Assembly: GCA_045592105.1 (NCBI GenBank)
Contig: JAZNUB010000069.1
Location: 28,141 to 92,140 of the forward strand
Length of the DNA stretch: 64,000 nucleotides
Source: Eubacteriales bacterium
GTDB lineage: Bacteria; Bacillota; Clostridia; Oscillospirales; CAG-382
Reading direction: 5' to 3'
A program made the translations under genes and the position numbers. The notes beneath the pieces were generated by a model. That model did no database searches. It was not told the origin of the DNA and saw only the letters and a program-made list of their open reading frames with translations. Below are positions 61,922 through 64,000 of this stretch, in pieces (positions within the stretch are counted from its first letter, which is position 1; the number at the start of each line of letters is the position of its first letter).

Positions 61922-64000
61922 TTGTGTTTACCCGTAAGCTCAACAACGGTAACGCCCGTATCCCCTTCGCCGTAACGCCCGCTACGGAAGGATTTAATGC
62001 GTTTATCACCACGCATATATTTCCAAAGCGCGGCGCGTAACGCACCTGTTCCTTTTCCGTGGATTATCGTAACTGTTGTATACCCTGCGGTAACAGCGCT
62101 GTCAAGATACCTGTCAACCATAAACCACGCATCATCGCCAACCTCACCGCGCACGTCTATTTCGTTGCGTACGGATTCACGAAGCGGTGCCTGCGTTGAT
62201 TTTTTAGTAAAGGTATCGGGTATCTCTACCTTATCCTTGGTTAAGCGCAGATTTTTAATAGGCGTTTTTGTTTTTATAATCCCTGCTTGAACAATAGCGT
62301 TTTTGCCCTCAATAGCAAGCACTATACCGGGTTTATTGATGTCTGCTATTATTACAGAATCGCCTTTTTCAAGCGGGCGCGGCAATACGTAGTTATCGTC
62401 AACAACCGTTTCCGCCTCCTTGTATATATCGGAATCAGCGCCTTTTAAGCTGTTGCGTATATCAGCGCGGGATTTTTCAAGCCTTTGTTTGGCGTCTGCT
62501 TTGTCCTTTTCCTTCTGAAGCTTATTAAGCTCGTCAAACACAAATTCACTGCTTGCCTTAGCACTTGCAAGTATGGCATTGGCCTGCTCACGCGCACGCT
62601 CAAGCTGCTTTTCGCCTTTTTCTTCAAGCTCCTTAGCCTTTGCTTGGGCTTCGGCAAGCTTTGCTTCTGCTTCAGCGCGCGCGGCCGCAAGCGCGGCACG
62701 CTCTTTTTCCATTGCGTTTTCAGCGTTTTCAAGCTTGGATAGCATATCTTCAAATTTAACGTTATCCTCTTTCATTATCCTGCCTGCTCGTTCGATAATT
62801 GCAGGGTCTATGCCAAGGCGTGAGGATATCGCAAACGCGTTTGATTTACCGGGCAACCCAGTAATAAGCCTGTAGGTTGGCTTTAGAGTGTCCACATCAA
62901 ATTCGCAGGAAGCGTTTAGCACGTCATCGTTTTCGAGCGCATACAGCTTAAGCTCCGCATAATGCGTTGTTGCCGCAGATAGCGCACCAACCTCTTTAAC
63001 TCTTTCAAGTATGGCAACGGCAAGCGCCGCACCCTCAACAGGGTCTGTACCTGCGCCAAGCTCATCAAACAATACAAGGCAGTTTTCGTCCATCTCCTCA
63101 AGTATTGATGCAATGTTTACCATATGAGCAGAGAAGGTGGATAGTGATTGCTCTATGCTTTGCTCATCACCGATATCAGCAAGTATACCTGAAAATACGG
63201 GAAGCTCCGAGCCGTAGCTACAAGGAATATGCAAGCCGCATTGAGCCATCATAGCAAAAAGCCCGATAGTTTTAAGCGTAACGGTTTTGCCGCCCGTGTT
63301 AGGCCCTGTTATTATTAAGGATTGCTGTGTTTTGCCAAACTCCAGACTTATTGGAACAACCTTTTCGCGCTCTATAAGCGGATGGCGCGCCTTTATAAGC
63401 TTTATATTTCTTGCACCCTCTCGCATAATTGCGGCACAGCCGTCTATCTCGTAGGAATATGCGGCGCGTGCAAAAATACACGCAAGGTCCGTTATAACCT
63501 TGCAGTTAAGCGTAAGCTGAGAGGAAAAACGCACAACCTCCTCAGAAAGCTCTGAAAGTATGCGTTCTATCTCATCGCTTTCGGCGGATTTAAGCTCCCG
63601 CAGGCGGTTGTTAGCCTCAAGCACTGCAAGCGGCTCTATAAAATACGTTGCGCCTGAAGCAGAGGTATCGTGAAGTAAGCCCTTAACCTCGTTTCGGTAT
63701 TCCGCTTTTACAGGAATAACGTATCTACCGCCGCGTATAGTAACAATATTTTCCTGCAAGTATTTGGATTTGGTGCCTGTGGTATAGCTTGATAAAATAT
63801 CACGGATAGAGCTTTCAGCCTTTCGCTGTTCGCGCCTTATTTTATATAGTGCGTCACTTGCATCGTCTGCAATCATATCCTCGCCTATAATTGCGGTAGA
63901 AATGCGCTTTTCAAGAAAGCTGTTTTCCTGCAACATCGAAAAGTAGGTATAAAGGCAACCGCTACCGCTACCCGCGTATTTAAGCAGGGATGCCACTATA
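61918..64000 (-). CDS. mutS2: Endonuclease MutS2 (N-terminus lies right of the window)
   Basis: Walker A ITGPNTGGKTV, DELGAGTDP, a long coiled-coil region, and a C-terminal Smr domain (IDVRG...IIHGKGTGALR). The frame is open to the window edge. Confidence 0.9.
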   Translation of the reverse strand, partial: IVASLLKYAGSGSGCLYTYFSMLQENSFLEKRISTAIIGEDMIADDASDALYKIRREQRKAESSIRDILSSYTTGTKSKYLQENIVTIRGGRYVIPVKAEYRNEVKGLLHDTSASGATYFIEPLAVLEANNRLRELKSAESDEIERILSELSEEVVRFSSQLTLNCKVITDLACIFARAAYSYEIDGCAAIMREGARNIKLIKARHPLIEREKVVPISLEFGKTQQSLIITGPNTGGKTVTLKTIGLFAMMAQCGLHIPCSYGSELPVFSGILADIGDEQSIEQSLSTFSAHMVNIASILEEMDENCLVLFDELGAGTDPVEGAALAVAILERVKEVGALSAATTHYAELKLYALENDDVLNASCEFDVDTLKPTYRLITGLPGKSNAFAISSRLGIDPAIIERAGRIMKEDNVKFEDMLSKLENAENAMEKERAALAAARAEAEAKLAEAQAKAKELEEKGEKQLERAREQANAILASAKASSEFVFDELNKLQKEKDKADAKQRLEKSRADIRNSLKGADSDIYKEAETVVDDNYVLPRPLEKGDSVIIADINKPGIVLAIEGKNAIVQAGIIKTKTPIKNLRLTKDKVEIPDTFTKKSTQAPLRESVRNEIDVRGEVGDDAWFMVDRYLDSAVTAGYTTVTIIHGKGTGALRAALWKYMRGDKRIKSFRSGRYGEGDTGVTVVELTGKHK

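Noticed and set aside
1-64000. Prophage, IS element, integrase, CRISPR array, toxin-antitoxin pair or classical multi-gene defence island
   Set aside because: No transposase, integrase or recombinase motifs, terminal inverted repeats, repeat-spacer arrays or phage structural genes were recognised on either strand. The only defence-like gene is the solitary CARF-nuclease reported above.

Overview
This 64-kb chromosomal window looks like a mid/low-GC Firmicute, most likely a Clostridia gut or rumen anaerobe of the Oscillospiraceae/Ruminococcus type. Supporting signs are dockerin modules, SpoVG, rubrerythrin, Feo, PaaK+ACT and a Na+-decarboxylase beta subunit. All calls rest on reading the sequence and recalling motifs; no searches were run.

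I support about 55 protein genes, mostly housekeeping:
- Core functions: ppiB, upp, acyl-CoA synthetase, ybaK, TIGR01212 radical SAM, pepT, murC, spoVG, rubrerythrin, pdxK, nagA plus a GH3 hexosaminidase, paaK, tcdA, mutS2.
- Transport and metal homeostasis: a CNNM-Pit-DUF47 operon, a P-type ATPase behind a probable yybP-ykoY Mn2+ riboswitch, a DtxR-regulated feoAB locus with a small Cys-rich ORF missing from the ORF track, a MarR-regulated ABC exporter pair, an ABC-2 exporter, a MATE pump and an NMT1/THI5-type ABC importer.
- RNA and signals: one tRNA-Pro(CGG), about 14 sigma-A promoters (TTGAC(A/T) or TTGCAT -35, exact 17-nt spacer) and many rho-independent terminators.
- Not seen: CRISPR array, cas gene, transposase, integrase or prophage.

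Most notable observations:
1. A stand-alone, self-promoted Card1/Can2-like CARF + PD-(D/E)xK nuclease gene with no CRISPR or cyclase partner in the window.
2. Three dockerin-bearing, non-cellulolytic surface proteins carrying two different dockerin sequence types and no cohesin nearby. They are an LRR protein, a peptidoglycan amidase, and a 2,253-aa protein with 14 Listeria-Bacteroides-type repeats, three discoidin-like modules and a C-terminal GHL10 barrel.
3. An odd tRNA-Pro locus where a 41-nt copy of the leader plus tRNA 5' end is duplicated around a GC-rich insert.
4. A long structured leader of unknown class upstream of the CNNM operon.
5. A 35-bp perfect palindrome sitting on a promoter.
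6. An orphan oadB paired with an atypical OadG-like protein.
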